Positions 25,411 to 35,869 of a stretch of DNA of 64,000 nt are shown piece by piece. The notes under the pieces were generated by a model. That model did not search any database. It was given only the letters and a program-made list of their open reading frames with translations, and was not told the DNA's origin. The DNA comes from Burkholderiales bacterium (GTDB lineage Bacteria > Pseudomonadota > Gammaproteobacteria > Burkholderiales > SG8-39), in contig JADGRQ010000005.1 in the NCBI GenBank assembly GCA_017880775.1, positions 6,094-70,093 on the forward strand, read 5' to 3'. How positions within the stretch are numbered: the stretch's first letter is position 1; each line of letters begins with the position of its first letter. The translations under genes were made by a program, and so were the position numbers.

Positions 25411-26605
25411 GCGACAGGCCCATCGCCTCGCGCACGTCGCGCATCGTTTCGAGCGCGAGCTTGCGGGCCTTTTCGTTGCCGTCGGCGACGATGTTTTTCA
25501 CCAGGGTCGGGTCATCGAGGTAGGCCTGCGCGCGCTTGCGCATCGGCGCGAGTTCCGCCAGCACCGCTTCGATGACCGGTTGCTTGCAATCGAGGCAGCC
25601 GATGCCGGCGGAGGTGCAGCCTGCGACGACCCATTGCTTGCGCGCTTGGTCCGAATACACCTGGTGCAGCGGCCACACCGGACATTTCTCGGGATTGCCG
25701 GGGTCGGTTCGCTTCACCCGCGCCGGATCGGTCGGCATGGTGCGGATCTTCTTTTCGACCGAGCCGGCGTCTTCGCGCAGCGAGATCGAATTGCCGTAGG
25801 ACTTCGACATTTTCTGCCCGTCGAGTCCAACCATGCGCGGTGCTTCCGTGAGCAGCGCCTCCGGTTCGGCCAGGATCTTCTTGCCGCCGCCCTCGAGGTG
25901 GCCGTACAGCCGCTCGCGATCGCCGCGCGACAGGTTCTGCTGCTCATCGAGCATGGCGCGCGCCTTGTCGAGCGCCTGCTGCTCGCCCTTTTCGAGAAAG
26001 CGCGTTCGCAGCTCGTTGAACAGGCGCGCCTTTTTCGAACCCATTTTCTTCACCGCCGCCCTGGCCTTGTCCTCGAACCCCGGCTCGCGGCCGTACAGGT
26101 GGTTGAAACGGCGCGCCACCTCGCGCGTGAATTCCACGTGCGGCACCTGGTCTTCGCCGACCGGCACGAACTTGGCGCGGTACATCAGGATGTCCGCGCT
26201 CTGCAGCAGCGGATAGCCGAGAAAGCCGTAGGTCGATAGGTCCTTGTCGGTGAGTTTTTCCTGCTGATCCTTGTAGGTGGGCACGCGCTCGAGCCAGCCG
26301 ACCGGCACGATCATCGACAGCAGCAGGTGCAGCTCGGCATGCTCCGGGATCTGCGACTGGATGAACAGGATGGCCTGCTGCGGGTCGATGCCGGCCGCCA
26401 GCCAGTCGATCACCATGTCCCAGGTATTTTTCTCGATCGCCTCCGGCGCGCCGTAATCGGTGGTGAGGGCGTGCCAGTCGGCAACGAAGAACAGGCACGG
26501 GTATTCCGACTGCAGGCGCGCCCAGTTCTTCAGCACCCCGTGGTAATGGCCCAGATGCAGGCTGCCCGTGGGGCGCATGCCGGAAAGTACGCGGGTTTCG
26601 AACAT
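25400..26605 (-). CDS. trpS: Tryptophan--tRNA ligase (long, about 400-aa form)
   Basis: Start at ATG 26605 (MFETRVLSGMRPTGSLHLGHYHG, containing the HIGH motif). KMSKS is present (GQKMSKSYGN). The upstream 124 codons of the track ORF are Arg/Ala-rich and overlap the neighbouring gene. Confidence 0.93.
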   Translation of the reverse strand: MFETRVLSGMRPTGSLHLGHYHGVLKNWARLQSEYPCLFFVADWHALTTDYGAPEAIEKNTWDMVIDWLAAGIDPQQAILFIQSQIPEHAELHLLLSMIVPVGWLERVPTYKDQQEKLTDKDLSTYGFLGYPLLQSADILMYRAKFVPVGEDQVPHVEFTREVARRFNHLYGREPGFEDKARAAVKKMGSKKARLFNELRTRFLEKGEQQALDKARAMLDEQQNLSRGDRERLYGHLEGGGKKILAEPEALLTEAPRMVGLDGQKMSKSYGNSISLREDAGSVEKKIRTMPTDPARVKRTDPGNPEKCPVWPLHQVYSDQARKQWVVAGCTSAGIGCLDCKQPVIEAVLAELAPMRKRAQAYLDDPTLVKNIVADGNEKARKLALETMRDVREAMGLSHVQ

Positions 26606-26613
26606 CGCTCGGC

Positions 26614-27267
26614 TCAGAGCAGAACGAAAGCCCGGATCAGCGACGACGACAGGTCGATGAGCGGATTGAGAACCACGCCGAGCAGGTTGGTGACCAGCAG
26701 AATGAGCAGAATCGGCAGGCCCCAGGGCTCGAGCTTCGAGTACTGCCACGCCATGCGGCTGGGCAACAGGCTGGCAGTGATGCGCCCGCCGTCGAGCGGC
26801 AGGATCGGCAGCAGGTTGAGAAACATGAAGACCAGATTCACGAGGATCCCCGCCGTCGCCATCTCGGCCATCGGCGCACTGAAAAAATTGGCTGGCAGCA
26901 GCAGCGCAAGCCTGAGCAATACCGCCCAGCCGAGCGCCATCGCAAGGTTCGAAAGCGGGCCGGCCGCAGCGACCCACATCATGTCGCGCTTGGGCTGCCG
27001 CAGCGCGGAGTAATTGACCGGCACCGGCTTTGCCCAGCCGAACAGGAACCGCCCGCCCGACAGCAGCAATATCACCAGCGGCACCAGGATCGTTCCGACG
27101 GGATCGATGTGGCGCACCGGATTCAGGCTGACGCGACCCTGCGCGAACGCCGTCATGTCACCGAAGTGACGCGCGACGTAGCCGTGTGCCGCCTCGTGAA
27201 GCGTAATTGCGAACAACACGGGAAGTGCATAGACGGCAAAAGTCTGGATCAGGTGGGAAACGTCCAT
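26614..27267 (-). CDS. Site-2 protease family (M50) membrane metalloprotease
   Basis: 217 aa and multi-TM. HExxH as LHEAAHGY and a second metal-ligand region NLLPILPLDGG. Confidence 0.8.
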   Translation of the reverse strand: MDVSHLIQTFAVYALPVLFAITLHEAAHGYVARHFGDMTAFAQGRVSLNPVRHIDPVGTILVPLVILLLSGGRFLFGWAKPVPVNYSALRQPKRDMMWVAAAGPLSNLAMALGWAVLLRLALLLPANFFSAPMAEMATAGILVNLVFMFLNLLPILPLDGGRITASLLPSRMAWQYSKLEPWGLPILLILLVTNLLGVVLNPLIDLSSSLIRAFVLL

Positions 27268-27311
27268 CGCCGCAGTCTGGCAAAGCGCTGAATGTTATCA
27301 GAACGACGCGA

Positions 27312-27950
27312 TCAGCCCGCCGTAACCTCGACCGAAAATGGCGCGAGCGGCCCTTTGCCTTTGCGCAGCACGCGCGGCGCGGCGCCGGAGATGTCGATCA
27401 CCGTCGTCGGCTCGACGCCGCAGACCCCGCCGTCGATCACCAGCTCGACCTGATGCTCGAGGCGAAAACGGATTTCCTGTGCTTCGGACATCGGCGCGGC
27501 ATCGCCGGGCAGCGCCAGCGTGGTGGACAACATCGGCTCGGCGAGTTCCTCGAGCAGCGCGCGCGCGACCGGATGCGAGGTCACTCTCACGCCGATGGTC
27601 CTGCGTCGCGGATGCATCAGCCGGCGCGGGACTTCGCGGGTCGCCCGCAGGATGAACACGTAGCTGCCCGGCGTCGCCGCGCGAAGCAGGCGGTACTGCG
27701 CATTGTCGACGTGAGCATAAACGGAGATCTCCGACAGGTCGCGGCACATCAGCGTCAACTGGTGCTTCTCGTCGATGCCGCGCACGCGCCGCAGGCGTTC
27801 CATCGCCGTCTTGTCGCCGATCCGGCAGCCGAGCGCGTAGCAGGAATCCGTCGGATAGGCGATCAACCCGCCGCCGCGCAGGATCTCCGCCGCCTGGCGG
27901 ACCAGGCGGCGCTGGGGATGCGTCGGATGGATCGCGAAGAATTGCGCCAA
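27312..27950 (-). CDS. yciO: YciO / L-threonylcarbamoyladenylate synthase-like (Sua5/YrdC/YciO family) protein
   Basis: 212 aa, colinear with recalled E. coli YciO (MxQFFxIHPxxPQxRL...YPTDSxYALGC...LMCRDLSE...TPGxYxFIL...EVPRRL). Adjacent to yciV, as in E. coli. Confidence 0.85.
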   Translation of the reverse strand: MAQFFAIHPTHPQRRLVRQAAEILRGGGLIAYPTDSCYALGCRIGDKTAMERLRRVRGIDEKHQLTLMCRDLSEISVYAHVDNAQYRLLRAATPGSYVFILRATREVPRRLMHPRRRTIGVRVTSHPVARALLEELAEPMLSTTLALPGDAAPMSEAQEIRFRLEHQVELVIDGGVCGVEPTTVIDISGAAPRVLRKGKGPLAPFSVEVTAG

Positions 27951-27953
27951 GGT

Positions 27954-28787
27954 CTAGAACGCGAGTCCGCGCCAGACCGGATCGAGTTGCGGCGCCAGTG
28001 CAGGCAGCGCGCCGAGCTCCACGCCACTCTCTTCCGGTGCATGGAAATCCGATCCGCGCGAGGCCAGCAGCCCGTGCTGCCGCGACAGCGCACCGAACAG
28101 CCGGAACTGATCGGTCGAGTGATTTCCCGTCACTACCTCGATCCCGACGCCGCCCGCGGCACGGAACTCCGCGATCAGCTCCGCGAGGGCGGCGGCGGAC
28201 AGGGAATAGCGCCCTGGATGCGCGATCACCGCGGCGCCGCCCGCACCACGGATCCAGCCCACCGCGTTTGCCAGTGTCGTCCAGTCGTAAGGCGAATAAC
28301 CGGGTTTGCCCGGGACCAGGTAGCGGCGAAACGCGGCGCGGCTGTCCTCCACCACGCCCGACTCGACGAGAAAACGCGCGAAGTGCGTGCGGCTGATCAT
28401 GACCGGGTTCTGCGCGAAGCGCATCGCGCCTTCGAAGCTCGCCTCGATCCCGGCCGATTTCAGGCTTGCCGCCATCGCTCGCGCGCGCTCGACACGGCCG
28501 CCGCGCACCGACTCGAGCCCCACATTCAGCTCGCGGTTGGCCGGATCGATTCCCAACCCGACGATATGAACCGTCGCGCCGCGCCAGGTCACCGAAACTT
28601 CGACGCCGTTGATGAACCGGATCCCGGCCTCGTCCGCCGCCGCCCGCGCCTCGGCGAGCCCGCCCAGATTGTCGTGGTCCGTCAACGCCAGCACGTCAAC
28701 GCCCTTTTCGGCCGCGCGCAGAACGAGACTGCGCGGCGCGAGCGCCCCGTCCGACATCGTCGAATGGCAATGCAGATCGATGTTCAT
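27954..28787 (-). CDS. yciV: PHP-domain phosphoesterase (YciV/TrpH family, 3',5'-nucleoside bisphosphate phosphatase/RNase AM-like)
   Basis: 277 aa. The N-terminal IDLHCHSTMSDG and LALTDHD motifs are typical of the PHP fold. Confidence 0.8.
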   Translation of the reverse strand: MNIDLHCHSTMSDGALAPRSLVLRAAEKGVDVLALTDHDNLGGLAEARAAADEAGIRFINGVEVSVTWRGATVHIVGLGIDPANRELNVGLESVRGGRVERARAMAASLKSAGIEASFEGAMRFAQNPVMISRTHFARFLVESGVVEDSRAAFRRYLVPGKPGYSPYDWTTLANAVGWIRGAGGAAVIAHPGRYSLSAAALAELIAEFRAAGGVGIEVVTGNHSTDQFRLFGALSRQHGLLASRGSDFHAPEESGVELGALPALAPQLDPVWRGLAF

Positions 28788-29680
28788 ATCCCGGGACCTT
28801 GCAGAAACTCCTCGATCAACCGCGCCACGCGTTCTGGCTGGTCATGATGCAGCATATGGCCTGCATCCTTCACCGTCACGTAGCGAAGATTGCGATGCGC
28901 ATTGCGCCGGTCTGCGTAATCCTCGGCGCCGAGCTTCATGCGCTTCGGAATCTCCGACCCGTCGGCGTCCACCCATAGCACCGGCGCGGTGATCGATTGC
29001 CAGCACGCGCGCGCCTCCTCATATTGGTAGAGCACCGGATTGATGATCTTGTGGGCCGGATCGCCGCGCAGAACGACCTGCCCGTCGTCGGCCAGCCGGC
29101 CCCAGTGCCGCGCGAGGAACTCCGCACGATCGCGCTGCAGGCGGGGATTGTTCTTCTGCAAGCGGTCCGCCAGCTCTGAAAAACCGGCGTAGGGCTTGAG
29201 CTGCGGCGGACCGCGCAGCTCGTCGAGCCACAACGCATAGCGCTTTGGCGCCTGATCGGGACGCGTACGCTGCATGCCGAACCCCTCGAGATTGACCAGC
29301 CGCGCGATGCGCTCCGGCAGGACCCCGGCGTACAGCGCCGCGACGTTGCCGCCAAGGCTGTGGCCGACGAGATTGACCGGCGCTTCGGGCTGGATGCGAT
29401 CGAGCAATGCGTCGAGATCGGCGACGTAATCCGGAAACCAGTAGCAGTCCGAGCGGCCCCAGTCGGTGAGCCCGTAGCCGCGCCAGTCCGGGGCGAACAC
29501 CTCCCATGCGTCGCCGAGCGCGTCGACCAGAAACTGGAACGACGCCGACACGTCCATCCACCCGTGCAGCAACACCAGCCTGCGCGGCGCAGCGCCGGAG
29601 GCAGCCGTCGCAGCGCTCCAGTGGCGCACGTGGTATTTCAGGCCGCGTATGTCGAAGTACAACGATTCAGCCGGACGCAT
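28784..29680 (-). CDS. Alpha/beta-fold hydrolase
   Basis: 298 aa from ATG 29680. Oxyanion LVLLHGW and nucleophile elbow GHSLGG, with C-terminal DAGHMLHHDQP. The track's 216-codon 5' extension overlaps dadA out of frame. ATGA overlap with yciV. Confidence 0.8.
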   Translation of the reverse strand: MRPAESLYFDIRGLKYHVRHWSAATAASGAAPRRLVLLHGWMDVSASFQFLVDALGDAWEVFAPDWRGYGLTDWGRSDCYWFPDYVADLDALLDRIQPEAPVNLVGHSLGGNVAALYAGVLPERIARLVNLEGFGMQRTRPDQAPKRYALWLDELRGPPQLKPYAGFSELADRLQKNNPRLQRDRAEFLARHWGRLADDGQVVLRGDPAHKIINPVLYQYEEARACWQSITAPVLWVDADGSEIPKRMKLGAEDYADRRNAHRNLRYVTVKDAGHMLHHDQPERVARLIEEFLQGPGI

Positions 29681-29703
29681 CGATCCCCCAATCCGCGAGG
29701 ATA

Positions 29704-30957
29704 TCAGCCCGCAAAGGCGTAACTCACCTGCGGCTCCCGTCCGGAGACCATGTCCGCGAGTGCCTGGGCGGAGCCACAGGCGAGCGTCCAGCCGAGCGTT
29801 CCATGCCCGGTATTCAGATACAGATTGCGATAGCGGGTGCGGCCGATCAGCGGCGCGTTGGTCGGCGTTGCCGGACGCAATCCCGCCCAGTATTGCGCGG
29901 GGCCTGCATGCGCGAGCGCCGGAAACAGTTGCCGCGCGCGCGACAGGATCGCCTCGCAGCGCACCGTATTGATGCTGGTGTCGTATCCGGTGAGTTCCGC
30001 GGTACCGGCGCCCCGCAAGCGATCCCCGAGGCGCGAATAGACCAATTTGGCTGCATCGTCGCTGAGGCTGACGGTTGGCGCTGATTCGCCGGGCTGCAAT
30101 GGAACAGTGATCGAATAGCCCTTGAGCGGGTAGACCGGAATACGCACGCCGATGCGCCCGAGCAGCAACGGGCTCCACGCACCGAGCGAGACGACATACG
30201 CGTCGGCGGTGAAGCGCTCCGCCGGACGCTCCCCCTGCCGCAGCCACAACGCATCGACCTGCCCGCCTGCGGTCTCGATCCGCTCGACCCTGGTGTCCGC
30301 GCGCAACGCCGCTCCCCGCTCGACGCAAAGTTCGGCGAGATGCTGCGTGAATACGTACGCATCACCGGACTCGTCCTCCGGCGCGTAGATTCCGCCGACG
30401 ATACGCACGCTCGCGCCGGCGAGCGCCGGTTCGATCACCAGGCACTCGGCTGCACTCTTGACTTCTCGCAGAATCCCGTACGAGCGCGCCGCATGGGCAT
30501 GTGCAGCCGTCGCCTGGAAATCCTTGTCATTGGTGAAAAACTGCAGGATGCCGCGCGAAAGGCTCTCGTATTCGATGCCGGTTTCAGCCCGCAACACCCT
30601 GTGGCAATCGCGGCTGTAGAGCGCCAGCGCGGCCAGGTTGCGTGCATTGCGCTCGAAGCGGCCGGGAATGCATTCGCGCAGAAAGCGCAGGCCCCATTCC
30701 CACTGGGCCCAGCTTGCGCGCGGTCGGAACAGCAACGGCGCGTCCTCGCGCCCGAGCCACTCGAGCATTTTCGGAATCACCGACGGCTTCGCCCAGGGCT
30801 CGGCGTGCCCCGCCGAGATCTGGCCGCCGTTGGCAAACGAGGTCTCCAGGCCGGGACCCTCGCGGCGCTCGATCAGAACCACCTCATGGCCGGCGCGGAT
30901 GAGATACCACGCGCTGGTCACGCCGACCACTCCGGCGCCGAGAATCGCGATTTTCAT
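29704..30957 (-). CDS. dadA: D-amino acid dehydrogenase (FAD-dependent)
   Basis: 417 aa from ATG 30957. Rossmann motif MKIAILGAGVVGV, colinear with recalled E. coli DadA (YPLKGYS, WTGLRP-like AGLRPATP, NTGHGTLGWT). Confidence 0.78.
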   Translation of the reverse strand: MKIAILGAGVVGVTSAWYLIRAGHEVVLIERREGPGLETSFANGGQISAGHAEPWAKPSVIPKMLEWLGREDAPLLFRPRASWAQWEWGLRFLRECIPGRFERNARNLAALALYSRDCHRVLRAETGIEYESLSRGILQFFTNDKDFQATAAHAHAARSYGILREVKSAAECLVIEPALAGASVRIVGGIYAPEDESGDAYVFTQHLAELCVERGAALRADTRVERIETAGGQVDALWLRQGERPAERFTADAYVVSLGAWSPLLLGRIGVRIPVYPLKGYSITVPLQPGESAPTVSLSDDAAKLVYSRLGDRLRGAGTAELTGYDTSINTVRCEAILSRARQLFPALAHAGPAQYWAGLRPATPTNAPLIGRTRYRNLYLNTGHGTLGWTLACGSAQALADMVSGREPQVSYAFAG

Positions 30958-30980
30958 ACTCGCGTTATGATAACTGTTCA

Positions 30981-31526
30981 ATGCCGCTCTATTCATTGGA
31001 ACATCGCTCGGTCGAATTACGCGGCGAACATCATTTCATTGCGCATAACGCGACGCTCGCCGGCGCAATCGTGCTGGAGGCGAACGTCAGCGTGTGGTTC
31101 AACGTAGTCATCCGCGCCGACGATGACAGCGTGCATATCGGCGAAGCGAGCAACATTCAGGACGGTTCAATATTGCACGTCGATCCTGGTTACCCGATGA
31201 TCCTCGGCCGACAGGTCAGCATCGGCCACAAGGCCATGCTGCACGGCTGCAGCATCGGCGATGGCGCGCTGATCGGCATCAACAGCGTGGTCATGAACGG
31301 CGCAAAAATAGGACCCGGCTCGCTCATCGGCGCGAATGCCCTGATCCCGGAAGGCAAGGAGATCCCGGAAGGGGTGCTGGTGGTTGGCTCTCCGGGCAGG
31401 ATCGTGCGCGACCTGACGCCCGAGGAGCGTGAAAACCTGCTCAGGATTGCGCACGGCTACGTCGAACGCTCGAAGCTGTTCAAGGCGCAACTGCGCGAAC
31501 AGCCTCTGCCGGATTCGGCGTTGTAG
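30981..31526 (+). CDS. Gamma-carbonic-anhydrase-like left-handed beta-helix protein (YrdA/PaaY family)
   Basis: 181 aa. Hexapeptide repeats and the metal-ligand His pattern (IGHKAMLHGCSIG). Confidence 0.85.
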   Translation: MPLYSLEHRSVELRGEHHFIAHNATLAGAIVLEANVSVWFNVVIRADDDSVHIGEASNIQDGSILHVDPGYPMILGRQVSIGHKAMLHGCSIGDGALIGINSVVMNGAKIGPGSLIGANALIPEGKEIPEGVLVVGSPGRIVRDLTPEERENLLRIAHGYVERSKLFKAQLREQPLPDSAL

Positions 31527-31553
31527 CCTTCCCAGCCTTGCTCCCCAAGCGCT

Positions 31554-32321
31554 CTACTTCGGCGCCATCCGAATCGCTCCATCGAGCCGCACCACCTCGC
31601 CGTTGAGCATCTCGTTCTCGATCATCGCCCGCGCGAGATGGGCGTATTCCGCCGGCCGGCCAAGGCGCGGCGGAAACGGCACCATCTTGCCGAGCGACTC
31701 CTGCGCCTCCTTGGGCAGGCCCTTCAGCATCGGCGTCTCGAAGATCCCCGGCGCGATCGTGAGCACGCGGATGCCGTTGCGCGAAAGGTCACGCGCGATC
31801 GGCAACGTCATGCCGACGATGCCGCCCTTCGAGGCGGAATAGGCGGCCTGGCCGATCTGGCCGTCGTAGGCGGCGACCGACGCGGTGTTAATGATCACGC
31901 CACGTTCCCCGGCCGAATTCGGCGCGGCCTTGGCCATCGCCTCCGCGGCGAGCCGGATCATGTTGAACGTGCCGATCAGGTTGATGCTTACGACGCGGGT
32001 GAAGCGCGCCAGATCATGCGGAGCTTCCTTTCCGAGCGTGCGCTCGGCGATCGCGATCCCGGCGCAGTTGATCAGCACCTGCAGGCCGCCGAATTCCTTC
32101 AGCGCCAGTTCGACCGCCGCCTTGCCGTCGGCCTCGGAGGTCACATCGCATCTGATCGAACGCACGCCGGCGCCGAACTCCCTGGCGATCTTCTCGCCCG
32201 CCTCGGCCTGCATGTCGGCGATGACCGCCTTGCCGCCGTTCGCGACCGCCATGCGAACGGTCGCCTCACCGAGACCGGACGCGCCGCCCGTCACAAGAAA
32301 TACGCTGTTCTTGATTTCCAT
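31554..32321 (-). CDS. Short-chain dehydrogenase, 3-hydroxyacyl-CoA dehydrogenase type-2-like
   Basis: 255 aa from ATG 32321. TGGASGLG cofactor motif, catalytic YSASK, and the C-terminus [11 protein letters not shown] typical of HSD10-like enzymes. Confidence 0.88.
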   Translation of the reverse strand: MEIKNSVFLVTGGASGLGEATVRMAVANGGKAVIADMQAEAGEKIAREFGAGVRSIRCDVTSEADGKAAVELALKEFGGLQVLINCAGIAIAERTLGKEAPHDLARFTRVVSINLIGTFNMIRLAAEAMAKAAPNSAGERGVIINTASVAAYDGQIGQAAYSASKGGIVGMTLPIARDLSRNGIRVLTIAPGIFETPMLKGLPKEAQESLGKMVPFPPRLGRPAEYAHLARAMIENEMLNGEVVRLDGAIRMAPK

Positions 32322-32368
32322 GATCGCTCCGCCGGGAAAAAGGGAGCGATTATAATCCGAGGCCCCCG

Positions 32369-35300
32369 ATGCTTGCTCCCGGTTTCGATCTCCGCTTCGA
32401 AGACCTCTACGCACGCGATGGCCTTGCGCGCGCCGATGAGGCGTTCCTGCGCTTTCTCGGCGAAGCGGATCCCGCACTGCGCGAACGACTGGGAGCGGCG
32501 CGCGCGGCGCCGGATGCGCTTTCATCGCTCGCGGAATCCGAGCTGCTGATCGCGCTGGCGCCGCACCTGGACGATTTCCTCGCGCGACTGTTCGGCATCG
32601 AGGGCGAAGTGCATGCGCTGTCGGCGCAACACAATGCGCTGGCGCCGCTGTACTCGGTCAAACGCCTGTTCGTGCAACGGCGCGCGATGCACAAGGTCAA
32701 ACCGGAGGCGCTGGAGGGTTTCGATCCGGTCGCGGCGGAGCGCGAACTCGAGCGCCGCTTCGGCGAAAAATTCGGCGAACTTGCATTCGCCACGCACGTC
32801 ACCGCGTGGTTGAAGGACGAAGCGGCGCATGCCGAAGCGCTCGATCTCGCGCAGCGTTACGCCGCCTGGGCGTTGTCGACGCCGCAGGGGAAGGCGAAAC
32901 ACCGGTCAGGCGTGCTGTTCAAAACCCCGTCGAAACTCGACATGCTGCGCCTGGTTCCGGTGCAGACGCGAACCGACGAGGGCTTCGACCAGCACGCGCT
33001 GGATGCGCATCACCTGCGTCGCCGCGAAGGATTCGGCCTCACCGACGCCGGGACCGACCTCGCCGGCGCGCTCGACCAGGCGAACTACTGCATCTGGTGC
33101 CACGAACAGGGCAAGGACTCCTGCTCCACGGGACTGAAGGAGAAAGCGGCCAAGAGCGCCGACCCTGCGGTGCCGTCCTCGCCACAGAGATTCAAGCGAT
33201 CGCCGTTCGGCGTGCCACTGGCAGGCTGCCCGCTGCAGGAGAAGATCTCGGAGTTTCATCAGCTCAAGAGCCGCGGCCAGGCGCTTGCCGCGCTCGCGGT
33301 CATCTGCGTGGACAACCCGATGGTGGCCGCGACCGGACACCGTATCTGCAACGACTGCATGAAATCCTGCATCTACCAGAAGCAGGAGCCGGTCAACATC
33401 CCCCAGGCCGAGACCCGCACGCTGAAAGACGTGCTCGAACTGCCGTGGGGGTTCGAGATCTACTCGCTGCTCACGCGCTGGAACCCGCTCAACCTGCGCC
33501 GCCCCGTTCCGCTTGCGCCGTCGGGCAAGAAGGTATTGGTCGTAGGCCTCGGCCCGGCCGGATTCACCGTCGCGCACCACCTGATGAACGACGGGCACGC
33601 CGTGGTCGGCATCGACGGTCTGAAGATCGAACCCCTGCCCGCGGAACTGTCGGGCGCCGACGCGCTCGGGCGACGCATGCCGTTCGGCCCGGTTCGCGAT
33701 GTGCGCGAACTGTACGAGTCGCTCGGCACGCGGGTCATGGCCGGATTCGGCGGCGTGGCGGAATACGGCATCACGGTGCGCTGGGACAAGAACTTCCTGA
33801 AGCTGATCCGCCTGCTGCTGGAACGGCGCCGCGAGTTCGCGATGATGGGCGGCGTGCGCTTCGGCGGCACCGTCACGCTCGAGGATGCATGGTCGATGGG
33901 TTTCGACCATGTGGCGGTGTGCGTCGGTGCCGGCAAGCCGACGGTGCTGGAAATCCCGAACGGGCTCGCCCGCGGCGTGCGGGCGGCGTCGGATTTCCTG
34001 ATGGCGCTGCAGCTGACGGGCGCCGCGAAACCCGATTCGATCGCCAACATGCAGCTGCGCCTGCCAGTGGTCGTCATCGGCGGCGGTCTTACCGCGATCG
34101 ACACGGCCACCGAGTCGCTGGCGTATTACGTCGTGCAGGTCGAGAAATTTCTTCTCCGCTACGAAACGCTGGCCGCCGAGATCGGCGAGCACGCGGTGCG
34201 CGAGACCTGGGACGACCAGGAGCGCGAGATCGGCGAGGAATACCTCGCGCATGCCCGCACCATCCGCAAGGCGCGCGATGCGGCCAAGCTCGACGGGCGC
34301 GAGCCGCGCGTGGTCGAACTGCTGCAGGGCTGGGGCGGCGTGACGATCGCCTACCGGCGCCGCCTCGTCGACAGCCCGTCCTACACGCTGAACCATGAAG
34401 AAGTCGAAAAGGCGCTGGAGGAAGGGATCGTCTTCGCCGAAGACCTGACCCCGTCTTCGGTCGATGTCGACAACTACGGCGCGGTGAAGGGAATGCGCTT
34501 TCGGCACCGGAGCGGCGAAAAATGGCTTCCCGCGCATACGGTGTTCGTCGCAGCGGGCACCCAGCCGAATACGGTCCTCGCGCGCGAGGATGCCCCGCAC
34601 TTCACGCTGGACGGAAAATACTTCGCCGCCTGCGACGAGGAAGGCAAGCCGGCCAAGCCGGAGCCATCCACCTCGAAGCCGGAGACGCCGCGGGTACTGC
34701 TCGCGCGGCACGACGACGGGCGTTTCGTCAGCTACTTCGGCGATGTCCATCCGTCGTATTTCGGCAACGTGGTAAAGGCGATGGGCTCGGCGAAGCAGGG
34801 TTATCCGGTGGTGTCCCGCGTGCTCGGCAAGCGGCCTGCGGAGAACGCCGAGTCCACCGGGCAGTTTTTCGCGCGGCTCGCAGACCGGCTGATCGCGACC
34901 GTCGAGCGGGTCGAACGCCTCACGCCGAACATCGTGGAAGTGGTCGTTCGCGCACCTCTTGCGGCGCTAAAATTCCGGCCTGGACAGTTCTACCGGTTGC
35001 AGAACTTCGAATCGCTGGCGCCGCTCGCGGCCGGCACGCGCATGCAGATGGAGGGCCTCGCGCTCACCGGTGCGTGGGTCGACCCGGACAAGGGACTGGT
35101 CTCGACCATCGTGCTGGAGATGGGCGGCTCGTCCGATCTGTGCGCGATGCTGCAGAAGGGCGAGCCGGTGATCCTGATGGGTCCGACCGGCTCACCAACC
35201 GAAATCGAGCCCGGCGAGACGGTCGTACTGTGCGGCGGGGGCTTGGGCAACGCGGTGCTGTTCTCGATCGGCCAGGCGTTTCGCGCCGCCGGATCGAAGG

Positions 35301-35869
35301 TGCTCTACTTCGCCGGTTACAAGAAGGCGATCGACCGCTACAAGGCGGACGAAATCGAGAACGCCGCCGACGTGGTGGTCTGGTGCTGCGACGAGCAGCC
35401 CGGTTTCAAGCCGCGCCGAACCCAGGACCGCTCGTTCGTGGGCAATATCGTGCAGGCGATGGACGCCTACGCGAGCGGCAGGCTCGGCTCGCGCGTGTTG
35501 CGCCTCGAGGACGCAGACCGCCTGATCGCGATCGGCTCCGACCGGATGATGGCGGCGGTGGCGCGCGCGCGGCACGACGTGCTCAAGGCGCACCTCAAAC
35601 CGAAGCACGTCGCGATCGGCTCGATCAACTCGCCGATGCAATGCATGATGAAGGAAATCTGTGCCCAGTGCCTGCAGCCGCACCGGGATCTCGTCACGGG
35701 CGAGACCAGTTGGGTGTTCTCCTGCTTCAACCAGGACCAGTTGCTCGACAGCGTCGATTTCTCCGCATTGAACGAGCGTCTCAAGCAGAACTCGCTGGCC
35801 GAGAAACTCACCGTCAAGTGGATCCGGCATTGCATGCCGGACCTCAGGAGACAACGCGCTTTCGTGTGA
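32369..35869 (+). CDS. Large multidomain Fe-S flavoprotein: unknown N-domain, GltD-like NAD(P)H/FAD oxidoreductase and PyrK/FNR-like electron-transfer module
   Basis: 1166 aa. Cys clusters ([25 protein letters not shown]). Two dinucleotide folds ([24 protein letters not shown]). An FNR-like RPGQFYRL plus [11 protein letters not shown] region. A C-terminal Cys cluster ([13 protein letters not shown]...SCF) like the PyrK 2Fe-2S site. Confidence 0.75.
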   Translation: MLAPGFDLRFEDLYARDGLARADEAFLRFLGEADPALRERLGAARAAPDALSSLAESELLIALAPHLDDFLARLFGIEGEVHALSAQHNALAPLYSVKRLFVQRRAMHKVKPEALEGFDPVAAERELERRFGEKFGELAFATHVTAWLKDEAAHAEALDLAQRYAAWALSTPQGKAKHRSGVLFKTPSKLDMLRLVPVQTRTDEGFDQHALDAHHLRRREGFGLTDAGTDLAGALDQANYCIWCHEQGKDSCSTGLKEKAAKSADPAVPSSPQRFKRSPFGVPLAGCPLQEKISEFHQLKSRGQALAALAVICVDNPMVAATGHRICNDCMKSCIYQKQEPVNIPQAETRTLKDVLELPWGFEIYSLLTRWNPLNLRRPVPLAPSGKKVLVVGLGPAGFTVAHHLMNDGHAVVGIDGLKIEPLPAELSGADALGRRMPFGPVRDVRELYESLGTRVMAGFGGVAEYGITVRWDKNFLKLIRLLLERRREFAMMGGVRFGGTVTLEDAWSMGFDHVAVCVGAGKPTVLEIPNGLARGVRAASDFLMALQLTGAAKPDSIANMQLRLPVVVIGGGLTAIDTATESLAYYVVQVEKFLLRYETLAAEIGEHAVRETWDDQEREIGEEYLAHARTIRKARDAAKLDGREPRVVELLQGWGGVTIAYRRRLVDSPSYTLNHEEVEKALEEGIVFAEDLTPSSVDVDNYGAVKGMRFRHRSGEKWLPAHTVFVAAGTQPNTVLAREDAPHFTLDGKYFAACDEEGKPAKPEPSTSKPETPRVLLARHDDGRFVSYFGDVHPSYFGNVVKAMGSAKQGYPVVSRVLGKRPAENAESTGQFFARLADRLIATVERVERLTPNIVEVVVRAPLAALKFRPGQFYRLQNFESLAPLAAGTRMQMEGLALTGAWVDPDKGLVSTIVLEMGGSSDLCAMLQKGEPVILMGPTGSPTEIEPGETVVLCGGGLGNAVLFSIGQAFRAAGSKVLYFAGYKKAIDRYKADEIENAADVVVWCCDEQPGFKPRRTQDRSFVGNIVQAMDAYASGRLGSRVLRLEDADRLIAIGSDRMMAAVARARHDVLKAHLKPKHVAIGSINSPMQCMMKEICAQCLQPHRDLVTGETSWVFSCFNQDQLLDSVDFSALNERLKQNSLAEKLTVKWIRHCMPDLRRQRAFV

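Noticed and set aside
26606-26977. 124-codon 5' extension of trpS
   Set aside because: It overlaps the M50 protease gene. The TrpS HIGH-motif N-terminus begins at ATG 26605.
29681-30328. 216-codon 5' extension of the alpha/beta hydrolase ORF (track 28784..30328)
   Set aside because: It overlaps dadA out of frame. Hydrolase homology starts at MRPAESLYFDIRG (ATG 29680).
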